NCBI GenBank assembly: GCA_018657065.1
Contig: JABHXU010000001.1
Span: 4,703-68,702 of the forward strand
Reading direction: 5' to 3'
Origin: an archaeon
GTDB lineage: Archaea; Nanobdellota; Nanobdellia; Woesearchaeales; GW2011-AR15
Length of the DNA stretch: 64,000 nucleotides
The position numbers and the translations under genes were made by a program. Position 1 is the first letter of the stretch, and the number at the start of each line of letters is the position of its first letter. Shown in pieces: positions 19,400 through 29,946 of this stretch. The notes under the pieces are model-generated. The model did not search any database. It saw only the letters and a list, made by a program, of their open reading frames with translations, and had not been told where the DNA came from.

Positions 19400-20483
19400 G
19401 TTTTTCTAAATCGTCAGGTTTAATTTTTAGAATATCAAATATTTCTTTTTCACATAAATTACAAAACTTAATTTCTTTTTTAGCAATATTTTTAGGAACA
19501 TTATATCTAATTAAAGCATCTTGAATTCTATGGTTTAGAGAAACAATTCTATCATATAAAACTCTACTATCAGCATAGATAATTAATTTTTCTTCCCATG
19601 TTGCTTTTTTGTCAAATAAATGATGTACAACATGATGTTTTGCATATTTTCCAATTTCTGGAAAGCCTTTTTTTATTAAAATTTTTTCAGTTAAATTTCC
19701 ATGTTCAATAGAGTTATCTTTAACACAATCCCATTTATCAAGATCATGAAGCAAAGACGCAGCATCAACTAAACTATAATTTATTTTTTCCCCTCTTTTA
19801 ATAAGTTCTTTAGCTAAGTAAGTTGCAACTTTATTGACTTTTAATGCATGATCAATGATATTTTGAGGGGTATCACATTCTCTATACCATTTTAAACATT
19901 GTTCATGTGAAGGTGTGTTTAAGTGTTCTGTACAATTAAATACGCAAACATTACAAGGAACATTTTGATGAATTTCAAAAATAGAAATTGAAGTATTTTT
20001 TGTAGATTCAATTGTTTCCCATTTTTCAAGAGGATTTTTTTTAATTGTGTTAATAATCATTCTATTTATTGCACCATGTGCAACAAACAAGACAGTTCCT
20101 TGAGGATATTTATTTTTTACTTTTGATAATAAGGTTTTTATTCTCTTATACATATTTTCAGCAGATTCTCCATCTGGAACATAATCTTCCCAATTAACAT
20201 TATGTTTACTTTTCCCTGATAAAGAACCATGGTCGCGTTCCCTAAGCTCTTTTACATAATTTACTGGAATATTTGGATGGTTTTTGACTATTTCATAAGT
20301 AGTATCAGCGGCTCTTTTTAAGTCTGAAGAATAAATAGCATCAATTTTTTCATTTTTTAATCTTTCACTAAGTCTTTTTGCTTGATCAATACCCTCCTTT
20401 GTTAAATGACCTGGTAAATGACCTTGAATAATACCTTTTACATTTTCTTTAGTTTGACCATGTCTAGTTAAGATTAATATCAT
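19389..20483 (-). CDS. Histidine phosphatase fused to HD-domain phosphohydrolase
   Basis: RHG, SSDLKRA, ELRER, VAHG; then H...AASLLHDLDK...HH...WEEKLIIYAD. Confidence 0.85.
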   Translation of the reverse strand: MILILTRHGQTKENVKGIIQGHLPGHLTKEGIDQAKRLSERLKNEKIDAIYSSDLKRAADTTYEIVKNHPNIPVNYVKELRERDHGSLSGKSKHNVNWEDYVPDGESAENMYKRIKTLLSKVKNKYPQGTVLFVAHGAINRMIINTIKKNPLEKWETIESTKNTSISIFEIHQNVPCNVCVFNCTEHLNTPSHEQCLKWYRECDTPQNIIDHALKVNKVATYLAKELIKRGEKINYSLVDAASLLHDLDKWDCVKDNSIEHGNLTEKILIKKGFPEIGKYAKHHVVHHLFDKKATWEEKLIIYADSRVLYDRIVSLNHRIQDALIRYNVPKNIAKKEIKFCNLCEKEIFDILKIKPDDLEKLND

Positions 20484-21070
20484 TTTAAATGCTCTGTACA
20501 ATTTATTAAGTGAATAATATGATCACTATCTTCTCTTAATTCAAAAATATTTATTGAGGTATTTCCTAAATGTTCCATATGTTTTAATTTTTCCCGAGAT
20601 TTTTTCATAATAATTGCAAATAATGATTTCATAAAACCACCATGACTTACTAAAACCACAGTATTATTTTGATGTTTTTCAAATAATTTTTTAATTATTT
20701 TATTGGCTCTAGTCATAGAAGTTTCATAATTTTCAGCTTTATATTTTGGGTCATTTAAGTCAATATCATCCCATTCTAAATTAAGTTTATTTTTATTTTG
20801 ACCAGTTAATATTCCCATATCATGTTCTCTTAATTCCTTTATTAAATTAAGGTTCAATTTAGGGTGATATTTTATAATTTCTTTTGCAGTATGTTTTGCT
20901 CTATTAAGGTCTGAGGAATAAATATAATCAATTTGTTCATTTTTAAGTCTTTCACCAACTTTTTTTGCTTGATTAATACCTCTTTTAGATAATATACCTG
21001 GAGTTTGTCCTTGAAAAATACCATTTACATTCTCAATAGTTTCTCCATGTCGAACAATTATTAATTTCAT
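20480..21070 (-). CDS. Histidine phosphatase (phosphoglycerate mutase superfamily)
   Basis: RHGET, SSDLNRA, LRE, VSHGG, NTS. Confidence 0.9.
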   Translation of the reverse strand: MKLIIVRHGETIENVNGIFQGQTPGILSKRGINQAKKVGERLKNEQIDYIYSSDLNRAKHTAKEIIKYHPKLNLNLIKELREHDMGILTGQNKNKLNLEWDDIDLNDPKYKAENYETSMTRANKIIKKLFEKHQNNTVVLVSHGGFMKSLFAIIMKKSREKLKHMEHLGNTSINIFELREDSDHIIHLINCTEHLK

Positions 21071-21106
21071 ATTTATTAGAGGATGAAATTATCATTTTTA
21101 TAATTA

Positions 21107-22027
21107 ATGGTCTTATTTTGGATAATTATTTATAGGACATATAACAAATTAATTTGCATAGATTGGTTGTTTTTATCAATTGCAGCTGCAGTGATTTTTG
21201 GAATTAGCAATATAATTAATAAAGAAGTATTAGAAAAAGAACATTCATTTGAATTTTTATCAGTTTATTATTTGTTTAATTTATTTATAGTTTTACCTTT
21301 TATAAAAAATATTAATACAATTGATTATAGAATTTTGTTTGCAATTATTTTAAGAAGTATTTTTATGGTTATGTATATGACATTTTATACTAAAGCTCTT
21401 AAACATATGCAAATATCAGTTGTTGGTCCATTAACAAATTTAAATCCTTTATTTGTGTTAGGAGCAGGTTTTTTAATACTTGGTGAATTAATAACATCTC
21501 TTCAAATTTTAGGAATTGTAGTTCTTTTGATTGGATCATATGTGTTAAATTCAGATGGACATTTTAAAAATTGGGGAGCACCATTTAAAAAATTATTCAA
21601 ATCTAAATATATGAGTTATATGATTTACTCAGGTATATGTTACGTAGGAGTATCATTACTTGCAAAATATATTTTAAGAGATACAGAATCATTTACATTA
21701 CTTTTTTATCATTATATTTTTACAACATTAATTTATCTAGGAATTACTTTTTTTATCTATAAAGGAATTGATGATATTATTGAAGGAATTAAACTTGATG
21801 GATTTTGGATATTTGTATCAGCAGCTATAGGTACTTTAGGAACTTATTTAATTTATTTGGCTTTTTCAAACCCAAATTCAAGTGTTGGAATAATTACAGC
21901 AATTTCAAGAATTCAAGTTTTAGTTGGGGTTGTTTTTGGTGGAAGGTTGTTTCACGAAACAAATATTTTCTTAAAATCTATTGCTTCAATTTTAATGTTG
22001 ATAGGAATTTATTTAATAGTTATATAA
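21107..22027 (+). CDS. EamA/DMT family transporter; start uncertain
   Basis: Ten TM segments in two repeats; ISVVGPL...P.F...LGE motif. Confidence 0.85.
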   Translation: MVLFWIIIYRTYNKLICIDWLFLSIAAAVIFGISNIINKEVLEKEHSFEFLSVYYLFNLFIVLPFIKNINTIDYRILFAIILRSIFMVMYMTFYTKALKHMQISVVGPLTNLNPLFVLGAGFLILGELITSLQILGIVVLLIGSYVLNSDGHFKNWGAPFKKLFKSKYMSYMIYSGICYVGVSLLAKYILRDTESFTLLFYHYIFTTLIYLGITFFIYKGIDDIIEGIKLDGFWIFVSAAIGTLGTYLIYLAFSNPNSSVGIITAISRIQVLVGVVFGGRLFHETNIFLKSIASILMLIGIYLIVI

Positions 22028-22080
22028 AAATTACAAATCTTTATTAACTAATTATTCTAACAATTTATTGGGTGATTTAT

Positions 22081-22953
22081 ATGATATTTGCAATAGCAGT
22101 ATTTTTGATAGTATTTTTTTTCGTAGGTATTAGAATAGTTAGACCTACTGAAGTAGGAGTAATTGAAAGACTTGGTAGATTTAAAAAAGTAGCTCAACAA
22201 GGATTTCATTGGATTTTTCCAGTATTAGATAGAATGATTAAAGTAAATGTTACTGAAATTAGAGTAGATATTCCTCCTCAAGAGGTTATTACTAAGGATA
22301 AACTTAATGCACATGTTGACGCAGTTGTTTATTTTAGAATAAGGAACGCAAGAAAAGCACTATATAATGTTGAAGATTATTATGGGTCAGTTGTATCTTT
22401 AGCTAGAACAACACTTCGAGCAGTAGTAGGTAAAATGACTTTAGGTGATGCTAATGAAAGAAGAGATAGTATTAATCATCATGTAGAGCAAGAAATGAGT
22501 GCACAAATTGAAAAGCCAAGTGCAGATGGAGAAGGTTGGGGTATTGATATTTTAAGAGTAGAAATTCAAGAAATAACTCCTCCTGGAGATGTTCAAGCTG
22601 CAATGAATAATGTTGTTAAAGCAGAAAATGAAAAAATTGCTGCAATTGATTTAGCAACAGCTACAGAAACAAAAGCTGACGGAGAAAAAAGAGGAGCAAT
22701 TAAAAAAGCAGAAGGAATGAGGCAAGCAAAATTATTAGAAGCAGATGGAGAAGCACAAGCAATTAAATTAGTTAATGAGGCTGCTAATAAGTATTTTAAG
22801 GGAAATGCACAAATATTAAAGAAACTTGAAACAGTTGAAATATCTCTTAAACATAATGCTAAAATTGTTGTTCCAACAAAAACAGAGTTAGTTAATGTTA
22901 TTGGTGAATTAGCTGGAGTAGCTCCAATAAGAGTTGGAAAGTCTAAAAAATAG
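22081..22953 (+). CDS. SPFH/Band 7 (stomatin-like) protein
   Basis: VIERLG, PPQEVITKD, TTLRAVVG, WGIDILRVEIQ; GGTGA SD upstream. Confidence 0.92.
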   Translation: MIFAIAVFLIVFFFVGIRIVRPTEVGVIERLGRFKKVAQQGFHWIFPVLDRMIKVNVTEIRVDIPPQEVITKDKLNAHVDAVVYFRIRNARKALYNVEDYYGSVVSLARTTLRAVVGKMTLGDANERRDSINHHVEQEMSAQIEKPSADGEGWGIDILRVEIQEITPPGDVQAAMNNVVKAENEKIAAIDLATATETKADGEKRGAIKKAEGMRQAKLLEADGEAQAIKLVNEAANKYFKGNAQILKKLETVEISLKHNAKIVVPTKTELVNVIGELAGVAPIRVGKSKK

Positions 22954-22986
22954 AGTTTTTTAACTCTTTTTTCTTATTTTTTTAAA

Positions 22987-23448
22987 ATGGTTCTAGCAAC
23001 ACTTTGTTATGTAAAAAAAGATAATAAAACATTAATGATTTATAGGAATAAAAAACCTAATGACATGCATGAAGGTAAATGGAATGGTTTAGGTGGGAAA
23101 CTTGAAGCACGTGAATCACCTGAAGATTGCGTTATTAGAGAAATTAAAGAAGAATCAGGTTTAGATATAAAAAATCCTAAATTAGTTGGATTATTAACAT
23201 TTCCAGCTTTTGATATACAAAAAAGAGATTGGCATGTTTTTGTTTATATAGCTAATGAATTCTCTGGAGAGTTAATAGTTAGTCCAGAAGGAGAACTTCA
23301 TTGGATTAATGATGATAAGATTCTTGATTTGAACTTGTGGGAATCTGATCATATGTTTATAAAGTGGATAAAAGAGGATAGATTTTTTTCTGCTAAGTTT
23401 ATATTTAAGGAAGAAAAAGTTATTGATTATAATGTTACTTTTCATTAA
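22987..23448 (+). CDS. Nudix hydrolase, MTH1/8-oxo-dGTPase-like
   Basis: GKWNGLGGKLE...REIKEESGL; LWESD. Confidence 0.88.
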   Translation: MVLATLCYVKKDNKTLMIYRNKKPNDMHEGKWNGLGGKLEARESPEDCVIREIKEESGLDIKNPKLVGLLTFPAFDIQKRDWHVFVYIANEFSGELIVSPEGELHWINDDKILDLNLWESDHMFIKWIKEDRFFSAKFIFKEEKVIDYNVTFH

Positions 23449-23510
23449 AAACGATTAAAAACTACTAAAAACAAATACAATTTAGAAAATTATTCATTCC
23501 CTAAATTTAC

Positions 23511-23822
23511 TTAAGAATCGACCATTTCAATTTCTATATTTAGGCCGTCTGGAATAGGAACTCTCATAACTAGTCTAAGTGCTCTTTCGTCGATTCCTAG
23601 GTCTATTAATCTTTTATGAATTCTCATTTCATATCTTTCCCAGGTTTCTGTACCTTCTCCGTCAGCACTTTTTCTTGTTGTTACTCTAAGTTTTTTTGTT
23701 GGAAGAGGGATAGGTCCCTTCATTTCTACTCCAGTTTTCTCTGCGATTTCTTTTATGCTAGTACAAACTTGATTAATCTTATCAATTTCCATACTTGCTA
23801 ATTTGATTCTTGCTTTCTGCAT
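23511..23822 (-). CDS. rps10: Ribosomal protein uS10
   Basis: GPIPLPTK...[21 protein letters not shown]. Confidence 0.97.
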   Translation of the reverse strand: MQKARIKLASMEIDKINQVCTSIKEIAEKTGVEMKGPIPLPTKKLRVTTRKSADGEGTETWERYEMRIHKRLIDLGIDERALRLVMRVPIPDGLNIEIEMVDS

Positions 23823-23870
23823 CTTTCTTCCTCTAAATTTGATAACTAAATTAATAAAAAAAAATTAAAT

Positions 23871-25178
23871 TTATTTTTTTGCTTTAACAGCAGCCATATC
23901 TTTAGCAACAAGTTCTATACACATACCAGCAGCAACAGTTGTACCAGAATCTCTAATAGCGAATCTTGCTAATTGTGGGATTTCTGATTGCTTTTCAATT
24001 ACTAATGGTGTTGTTGGTCTAATTTTGACAATTGCTGCGTCACCGTTTCTTAAGACATCTTTGTTTTCAGTGACTTCTTCACCAGTTCTTGAGTCCATCT
24101 TTTTGACAATCTCAATAATTTGGCAAGCTACTTGTGCTGTGTTAATGTGGAATACTGGTGTATATCCTACAGTGACGACAGTTGGATGGTTTAAAACAAC
24201 CATATGTGCTGTAAATTCTGTTGCGACAGTTGGCCAGCTATCTGTTGATCCAATAACGTCTCCTCTAGCTAAGTCTTTTTTACCAATTCCACCGACTGAG
24301 AATCCAATATTGTCTCCTGGTTCAGCTTGAGTAATTTGTTCGTGGTGCATTTCAATTGTTTTACATTCACCAACTACTCCTTTTCCTTCTCTACCTGGAA
24401 CAGCTACAATTTTAGATTTTGTTTTCATAATTCCAGTTTCAACTCTTCCGACTGGAACAACTCCAATACCTGTGATGTTATATACATCTTGAATAGGTAG
24501 TCTTAATGGAAGTTGTGTTGGTTTTTCAGGAACTGTAAAATTGTCTAATTGTTCAAACATTGTTGGTCCATCATACCATGCAGTGTGTTCAGATTTATTA
24601 AAGACATTGTCTCCTTTTAGACCTGATGTTGGAATAAATTGAACTTGGTCAAGTTTGTATCCTACAGATGTTAAAAGACCTTGTACTTGTTTTTTAACTT
24701 CTTCAAATTTTGCTTGATCAAAATTAACTGTATCCATTTTGTTAACAATAACCATTAATTGGTTAACACCCATTGTTCTTGCTAGAAATACGTGTTCTTT
24801 TGTTTGAGCCATAACACCATCTGCTGCTGCAACGACAAGACATCCACAATCTGCTTGTGAAGCTCCTGTAATCATGTTTTTGACAAAGTCTCTGTGACCT
24901 GGTGCATCAATCATTGTGTAATCATATTTTGGTGTTGAGAATTTTTTGTGAGCAAGGTCAATTGTTATTCCCCTTTCTCTTTCTTCTTTTAAGTTGTCCA
25001 TGACATATGCAAATTCCCATGAATCTTTTCCTGCATTAACTGCCATTTCTTTTAATTTTCTCATTTGGTTTTCAGGTACATTTCCTGAGTCAAACATTAA
25101 CCTACCTACTGTAGTAGATTTACCGTGATCAATGTGACCAATAACGACCAAATTTAAGTGTTCTTTTTCTTTTGCCAT
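23871..25178 (-). CDS. tuf: Elongation factor 1-alpha
   Basis: [36 protein letters not shown]. Confidence 0.98.
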   Translation of the reverse strand: MAKEKEHLNLVVIGHIDHGKSTTVGRLMFDSGNVPENQMRKLKEMAVNAGKDSWEFAYVMDNLKEERERGITIDLAHKKFSTPKYDYTMIDAPGHRDFVKNMITGASQADCGCLVVAAADGVMAQTKEHVFLARTMGVNQLMVIVNKMDTVNFDQAKFEEVKKQVQGLLTSVGYKLDQVQFIPTSGLKGDNVFNKSEHTAWYDGPTMFEQLDNFTVPEKPTQLPLRLPIQDVYNITGIGVVPVGRVETGIMKTKSKIVAVPGREGKGVVGECKTIEMHHEQITQAEPGDNIGFSVGGIGKKDLARGDVIGSTDSWPTVATEFTAHMVVLNHPTVVTVGYTPVFHINTAQVACQIIEIVKKMDSRTGEEVTENKDVLRNGDAAIVKIRPTTPLVIEKQSEIPQLARFAIRDSGTTVAAGMCIELVAKDMAAVKAKK

Positions 25179-25328
25179 TTTGGGTTTCCTCCTGTTTTAA
25201 GTATTATATATTGGATAAAGGAATAATTCACCATTTATAAGCATTTCCATTCATTTTTATGTCGACAAAAATCAATTTTTATTTTTTGCTTTTTCGACTA
25301 AAAAAATAAAAAAAAACTAAAATAGCTT

Positions 25329-27512
25329 TTATTCTGTAACTTCTTCCTCTACTATTCCTTTTCTTTGTCTGATCTGACTAATTATTTTTTGCTGTAGTTC
25401 TCCAGGTAATACTTCAAAAGATTGATCCATTACTGCAAAACTTGCTCTTCCTTCTGTACCAGATCTAACATCATTGCTTAGTCCAAAACTTTCTGCAACA
25501 GGTAATTTACCTTTAATTGTAGTAAATTCATCTCCTGAATCCATGTCAAGCATTTGACCTCTTTTAGCAGATAATAATTTTGAAACTTCTCCCATAAATC
25601 TAGTTGGTGTATCAAATTGCATAATTTGGATAGGTTCAAGTATTAATGGTTTTCCATCCATCATTGCTTCTCTAATACCATTTCTAATTGCAGGGTACAT
25701 TTGAGCAGGACCTCTGTGAATTGAATCCTCGTGTAGAGTCATATCAGATAAAATAACTTTTACACCCATACAAGGTTCTCTAGCTAGTGGTCCAGCATTC
25801 ATAACATCTTCGAACATGTCATTAATTAATTCAATAACTTCTCCCATGTGAACTTGTCCTCTTGTTTCTTCTGTTAACATGTTTCCATTAAAGATGTTTT
25901 TAACTTTTGTTGCTTCTTTAGCATCCATTCCTAAGTCTCTTAATTTTTCCAAAAATGCAGGCATTTTCTTTTTAATTCTCATTTCAGGTAATTCTCCTGA
26001 TTTGATTGCATCCCTAATTTTTGGGTCAAGAGGTTCAACTCTAAATTTTAATTTGTTGTGTTTGTTAGGAGATTTCCCTTCATATATACCTGAAGGCTTT
26101 GTTATAGTTTCTCTAAAGACAACAATAGGCGAACTTGTTTTAATTTCTAATCCTTTTTCAGTTTTGATTCTGTTTTCAATGATTTCTAAGTGAAGTTCTC
26201 CCATACCACTCATTAAGTGTTCTCCAGTTTCTTCATTAATTTCAATATGAATAGAAGGATCTTCTTTTCCTACTTTTCTAAGTACATCAATTAATTTTGG
26301 AAGATCTGAAGGTTTAGTTGCTTCAACAGCTTTAGTAACAACAGGATCAAATAAATGTTTTATTTGTTCAAAAGGTTCAGCTTCTAAATCAGTTGTGACT
26401 GTTTCTCCAGCTCTACCATTTTTAAGTCCTGCTATACCAATAATATTTCCAGAAGGAACTCCATCTACTACTTCTCTTTTAGCTCCATTAAAAATATAGA
26501 CTTGTTGAATTCTAGCATCTTCATTTGCACTTGCTAAATGGACTTCTTGTCCTTTGCTAACTGTTCCACTAAAAAGTCTTCCAGTACAAATTTCTCCAGC
26601 TAATGGATCAACAACAACTTTTGTAATAACAAATCCTAGTTTTCCATCTGCATTACAAGCGATTAAATCTTTTCCATATTGTGTTTCTGGATCTCCTTGC
26701 CAAATTTTTGGAATTCTGTAAGGTTGTGCAACAACAGGATTAGGTAAATGCTTAACTACAGCGTCCAAAATAACTTCGTGAATTGGAGCTTGTTTTCTTA
26801 GAATTTTTAATGCATCCTGATCTTGTGAATTATAAGCTTCAGCAACAACGTCAAATTTAACATTGCTTTTTGTCATAAAAGGAACAGATAATGCCCAATT
26901 GTGAAATGCTGATCCAAAACATACACTTCCATCATTTACACTAACATTCCATCTTCCTTTAAATTCAGGTGGTGTAATCTTATCAATATAAGCGTTAACT
27001 CCAGTGATAATTTTTGTAAATCTTTCTTGCATTTGAGCAGGACCTAATTGTAATTCTTTGATTAATCTATCAACTTTATTAATCATTAAAATAGGTTTAA
27101 CTCTTTCTTTTAATGCTTGTCTTAGAACTGTTTCTGTTTGAGGCATCATACCTTCAACAGCACAAACTAATACTATACATCCATCAGCGGCTCTCATAGC
27201 TCTTGTAACGTCTCCACCAAAGTCAACGTGACCTGGAGTATCTAATAAATTGATTAAATACTCAGCACCTTTTACAGTGTGAACCATTGAAACTGCTGAA
27301 GTATCAATTGTTATACCTCTTTCAGCTTCATCATCGTGGAAATCTAAAACTTGAGCTTTTCCAGCTAAATCTTCTGACATCATACCTGCACCTGCAAGTA
27401 AGTTATCTGAGAAAGTTGTTTTTCCATGATCAATGTGCGCGCATATAGCGATATTTCTAATATTAGTAGGTTTATTCATAATCGACTTAACCCTGTCAAC
27501 CATTTTTGCCAT
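25329..27512 (-). CDS. fusA: Elongation factor 2
   Basis: AHIDHGKTT, RGITI, DTPGHVDF, NKVD, diphthamide loop HEDSIHRGPAQ. Confidence 0.98.
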   Translation of the reverse strand: MAKMVDRVKSIMNKPTNIRNIAICAHIDHGKTTFSDNLLAGAGMMSEDLAGKAQVLDFHDDEAERGITIDTSAVSMVHTVKGAEYLINLLDTPGHVDFGGDVTRAMRAADGCIVLVCAVEGMMPQTETVLRQALKERVKPILMINKVDRLIKELQLGPAQMQERFTKIITGVNAYIDKITPPEFKGRWNVSVNDGSVCFGSAFHNWALSVPFMTKSNVKFDVVAEAYNSQDQDALKILRKQAPIHEVILDAVVKHLPNPVVAQPYRIPKIWQGDPETQYGKDLIACNADGKLGFVITKVVVDPLAGEICTGRLFSGTVSKGQEVHLASANEDARIQQVYIFNGAKREVVDGVPSGNIIGIAGLKNGRAGETVTTDLEAEPFEQIKHLFDPVVTKAVEATKPSDLPKLIDVLRKVGKEDPSIHIEINEETGEHLMSGMGELHLEIIENRIKTEKGLEIKTSSPIVVFRETITKPSGIYEGKSPNKHNKLKFRVEPLDPKIRDAIKSGELPEMRIKKKMPAFLEKLRDLGMDAKEATKVKNIFNGNMLTEETRGQVHMGEVIELINDMFEDVMNAGPLAREPCMGVKVILSDMTLHEDSIHRGPAQMYPAIRNGIREAMMDGKPLILEPIQIMQFDTPTRFMGEVSKLLSAKRGQMLDMDSGDEFTTIKGKLPVAESFGLSNDVRSGTEGRASFAVMDQSFEVLPGELQQKIISQIRQRKGIVEEEVTE

Positions 27513-27606
27513 TTTCTTTAGTCACCTTAATAAATTTTTATTTTTTTGGTTTTGAAATGCTAATTTACTGAATTGCTGCATTTCAACACTTTTATATTAT
27601 AATTAA

Positions 27607-28098
27607 TTAAAATACATGTAATTCATGTACTGTTTTGTATGTGTGAAGTTCTTCACTTGTAAACCATAAATTTAATTCTTTATTTGCACTTTCTATACTA
27701 TCAGATGCATGAATTAAATTTTTAATTGCAATTCCTTTTTTATCAGCATAAGGATAAGAATGGTGTGCAAAATCTCCTCTAATTGTTCCTGGAAGAGCTT
27801 TTTTTGGTTCAGTTGATCCTACCATTTTTCTAATTGTTTCAATTGCTTCAATACCTTCTATAGCTAAAGCAACTAATGGTCCAAAAGTAATAAATTCTTC
27901 TAACCCTTTGTAAAATGGCTTTTCAACATGTGCTGAATAATGCTTTTTTGAAAAAGCATCATCAACCCAAACCATTTTCATTCCAACAATTTTTAAACCA
28001 GCGTTTTCAAATCGAGTAATAAGGTTACCCATAATACCTCTTTGAACAGCGTCAGGTTTAAGCAAAACTAATGTTCTTTGAATTAAACTTTCTGGCAT
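27607..28098 (-). CDS. ndk: Nucleoside diphosphate kinase
   Basis: RTLVLLKPDAVQRG, PGTIRGDF, NLIHASDS. Confidence 0.96.
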   Translation of the reverse strand: MPESLIQRTLVLLKPDAVQRGIMGNLITRFENAGLKIVGMKMVWVDDAFSKKHYSAHVEKPFYKGLEEFITFGPLVALAIEGIEAIETIRKMVGSTEPKKALPGTIRGDFAHHSYPYADKKGIAIKNLIHASDSIESANKELNLWFTSEELHTYKTVHELHVF

Positions 28099-28105
28099 TT
28101 TTTCC

Positions 28106-28294
28106 TCACTTCTTTAATCCTTTTTTGATAAGCTCAAATTCACTAGTCCATTTAGTTGTTCTAGCTTTATGTTTTAATTTAAGCTGATTTTTTTCGCATT
28201 TACTGGAGCAAAAGTAAAATATTTTAGCATCCTTTTTTACATACATTTTTCCAGTCCCATCCTGCATAGTACATCCACAAAAACTGCATTTCAT
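28106..28294 (-). CDS. rpl24e: Ribosomal protein eL24
   Basis: CSFCG...GTGKMYV...FCSSKC...KWT. Confidence 0.95.
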   Translation of the reverse strand: MKCSFCGCTMQDGTGKMYVKKDAKIFYFCSSKCEKNQLKLKHKARTTKWTSEFELIKKGLKK

Positions 28295-28296
28295 CT

Positions 28297-28587
28297 TTAA
28301 CCACTTCCTCTACCTGTTCTATTTAGTGGACGAGCTTCAATTTCAGTTTCTCTAAGCATTAAGATGTCTCCTTTTTGAATAGGTCCTCTAACATTTCTTC
28401 TAATTATTTTGTTAGCGTCTCTACCATCTAGAATTTTGCATCTAATTTGAGTGACTCCTCCTCTTGTACCAGTTCTACCAATAACTTCTTCGACACTTGC
28501 AGGGACAGCTGTTCTAAAATTAGCTCTTCCTTTTGTATCAGCAGAGTCTTGTTTTCCTTTTTTTGATTGATTTTTATCAAGAGCCAT
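28297..28587 (-). CDS. rps28e: Ribosomal protein eS28 with N-terminal extension
   Basis: [19 protein letters not shown]...RNVRGPI..GDIL.L.ETE.EAR. Confidence 0.93.
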   Translation of the reverse strand: MALDKNQSKKGKQDSADTKGRANFRTAVPASVEEVIGRTGTRGGVTQIRCKILDGRDANKIIRRNVRGPIQKGDILMLRETEIEARPLNRTGRGSG

Positions 28588-28592
28588 ATTAA

Positions 28593-28910
28593 TCACTCTT
28601 TCATAGTCTTAATCACTGATGCTGCTTCTCCTGGTTCAGTTACTGCAACTGCGCTTGTACCGACTTGGATACCTGCAGCAGCGCCTAGTTCTTCTTTACT
28701 TGGAACTTCAACACAAGGGATACCTTTTTCTTTACATAATAAAGGTAAGTGCATTACAACTTCTGGAGGAGTAATATCTTTTGCAACAACAACTAATTTT
28801 GCATTTCCTCTTTCAATTTGTTTAGTGACTTCATTAGTCCCTTTTTTAATTTTTCCTGTTGTTCTAGCTAATTCAATAGCTTCATATGCTTTTTCTGATT
28901 CTTCAGCCAT
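28593..28910 (-). CDS. rpl7ae: Ribosomal protein L7Ae (eL8)
   Basis: [12 protein letters not shown]...[22 protein letters not shown]...LGAAAG; start after AGGTGA SD. Confidence 0.95.
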   Translation of the reverse strand: MAEESEKAYEAIELARTTGKIKKGTNEVTKQIERGNAKLVVVAKDITPPEVVMHLPLLCKEKGIPCVEVPSKEELGAAAGIQVGTSAVAVTEPGEAASVIKTMKE

Positions 28911-29011
28911 AGTTTTTTCACCTATAATTTCATATTTTAACTGGTAACTAGAATTAAAAGTTACCCTCATTCAGGTAAATCATCAAATTTACCGTCATAA
29001 CTCATTAGGTC
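28911..29011 (-). promoter_or_regulatory. Structured 5' leader of rpl7ae with kink-turn-like motifs
   Basis: AUGA-CGGUAAAU...AUUUACC-UGA-AUGA arrangement, second GGUAACU/AGUUACC hairpin, TATA box at ~29034-29041. Confidence 0.6.
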
Positions 29012-29060
29012 AATACGACGAAAATTTAGAACGTTTATAAATCTTACTAAGTAAAAGAAA

Positions 29061-29570
29061 TTATATTTCACTATTTATTAAGTCTAATTTTTGTTGAGCA
29101 AGATGTTTTTCTTCATTTAATAAATCCATTTCAAGATTTAATTCTTTACCTAATTCCATTAATTGTTGATTAACGATTTTAGAAGCTTTTATTATTTTAG
29201 CGTCAGCACCAAAATTCTTTTGTAAATGAGGATTTAATTCTCTCCATACACTTACTAATTTTCTATAATGATTTAATTGAACTGTAATTCCAGAAGAATC
29301 TCTAATGTCTTGAACTTGTTCTAAAAAATTATATAATTCTCCTTGAAAACTTTTCGCATTTTCATGCTTATTTATATAGTCAAATATTTCATGAGCAGCA
29401 TCAGAAAGTTCTTTAAATGCTTCATTTTCAAATCTTGCAGTACGTTTTTTTCTCTGATCAATACCTATTAATCTTCGATCAAAATCAAAATCTGAGTTGA
29501 ATTTTCCAAAAATATTTTTTATTTTAAATAAACCTTTAAAAATATTCTTGAGCCAACTTAAAACCCCCAT
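29061..29570 (-). CDS. Hypothetical helical protein
   Basis: Long ORF with genome-typical codon use; no recognised motif. Confidence 0.6.
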   Translation of the reverse strand: MGVLSWLKNIFKGLFKIKNIFGKFNSDFDFDRRLIGIDQRKKRTARFENEAFKELSDAAHEIFDYINKHENAKSFQGELYNFLEQVQDIRDSSGITVQLNHYRKLVSVWRELNPHLQKNFGADAKIIKASKIVNQQLMELGKELNLEMDLLNEEKHLAQQKLDLINSEI

Positions 29571-29664
29571 TGTTATTTTAAACAAAGGACAATTTTTAAA
29601 TTTTTTCAATTATTTTCTAATTTAAACGTAAGATTTATATTTTAGTACACTACACTTTTCTTCT

Positions 29665-29946
29665 ATGGTGGTAAATCAAATATCTGAGGTGTTAGTAAAA
29701 AGACGTACTGAATTAATTGAAATGCTGGAAAATAATAGAGATTCTCTAGACTTAGAAAAACAGCACCAAGTATTTGGAGCAATTAATGAACTTGAATTGT
29801 TTTTACATACATTAGATTATTATCAAAAAAATTCAACAGAAGGAGAAGATGCAGTTAGATTAGTTAAACCACCTATGGAAGAAGAAAGCGCTAATGTGTT
29901 TTACAGAATTTTTCAAGGAATTAAAGGTAAAGTTAAGAGAAATTAA
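29665..29946 (+). CDS. Hypothetical protein
   Basis: ORF with TATA box ~25 bp upstream. Confidence 0.65.
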   Translation: MVVNQISEVLVKRRTELIEMLENNRDSLDLEKQHQVFGAINELELFLHTLDYYQKNSTEGEDAVRLVKPPMEEESANVFYRIFQGIKGKVKRN

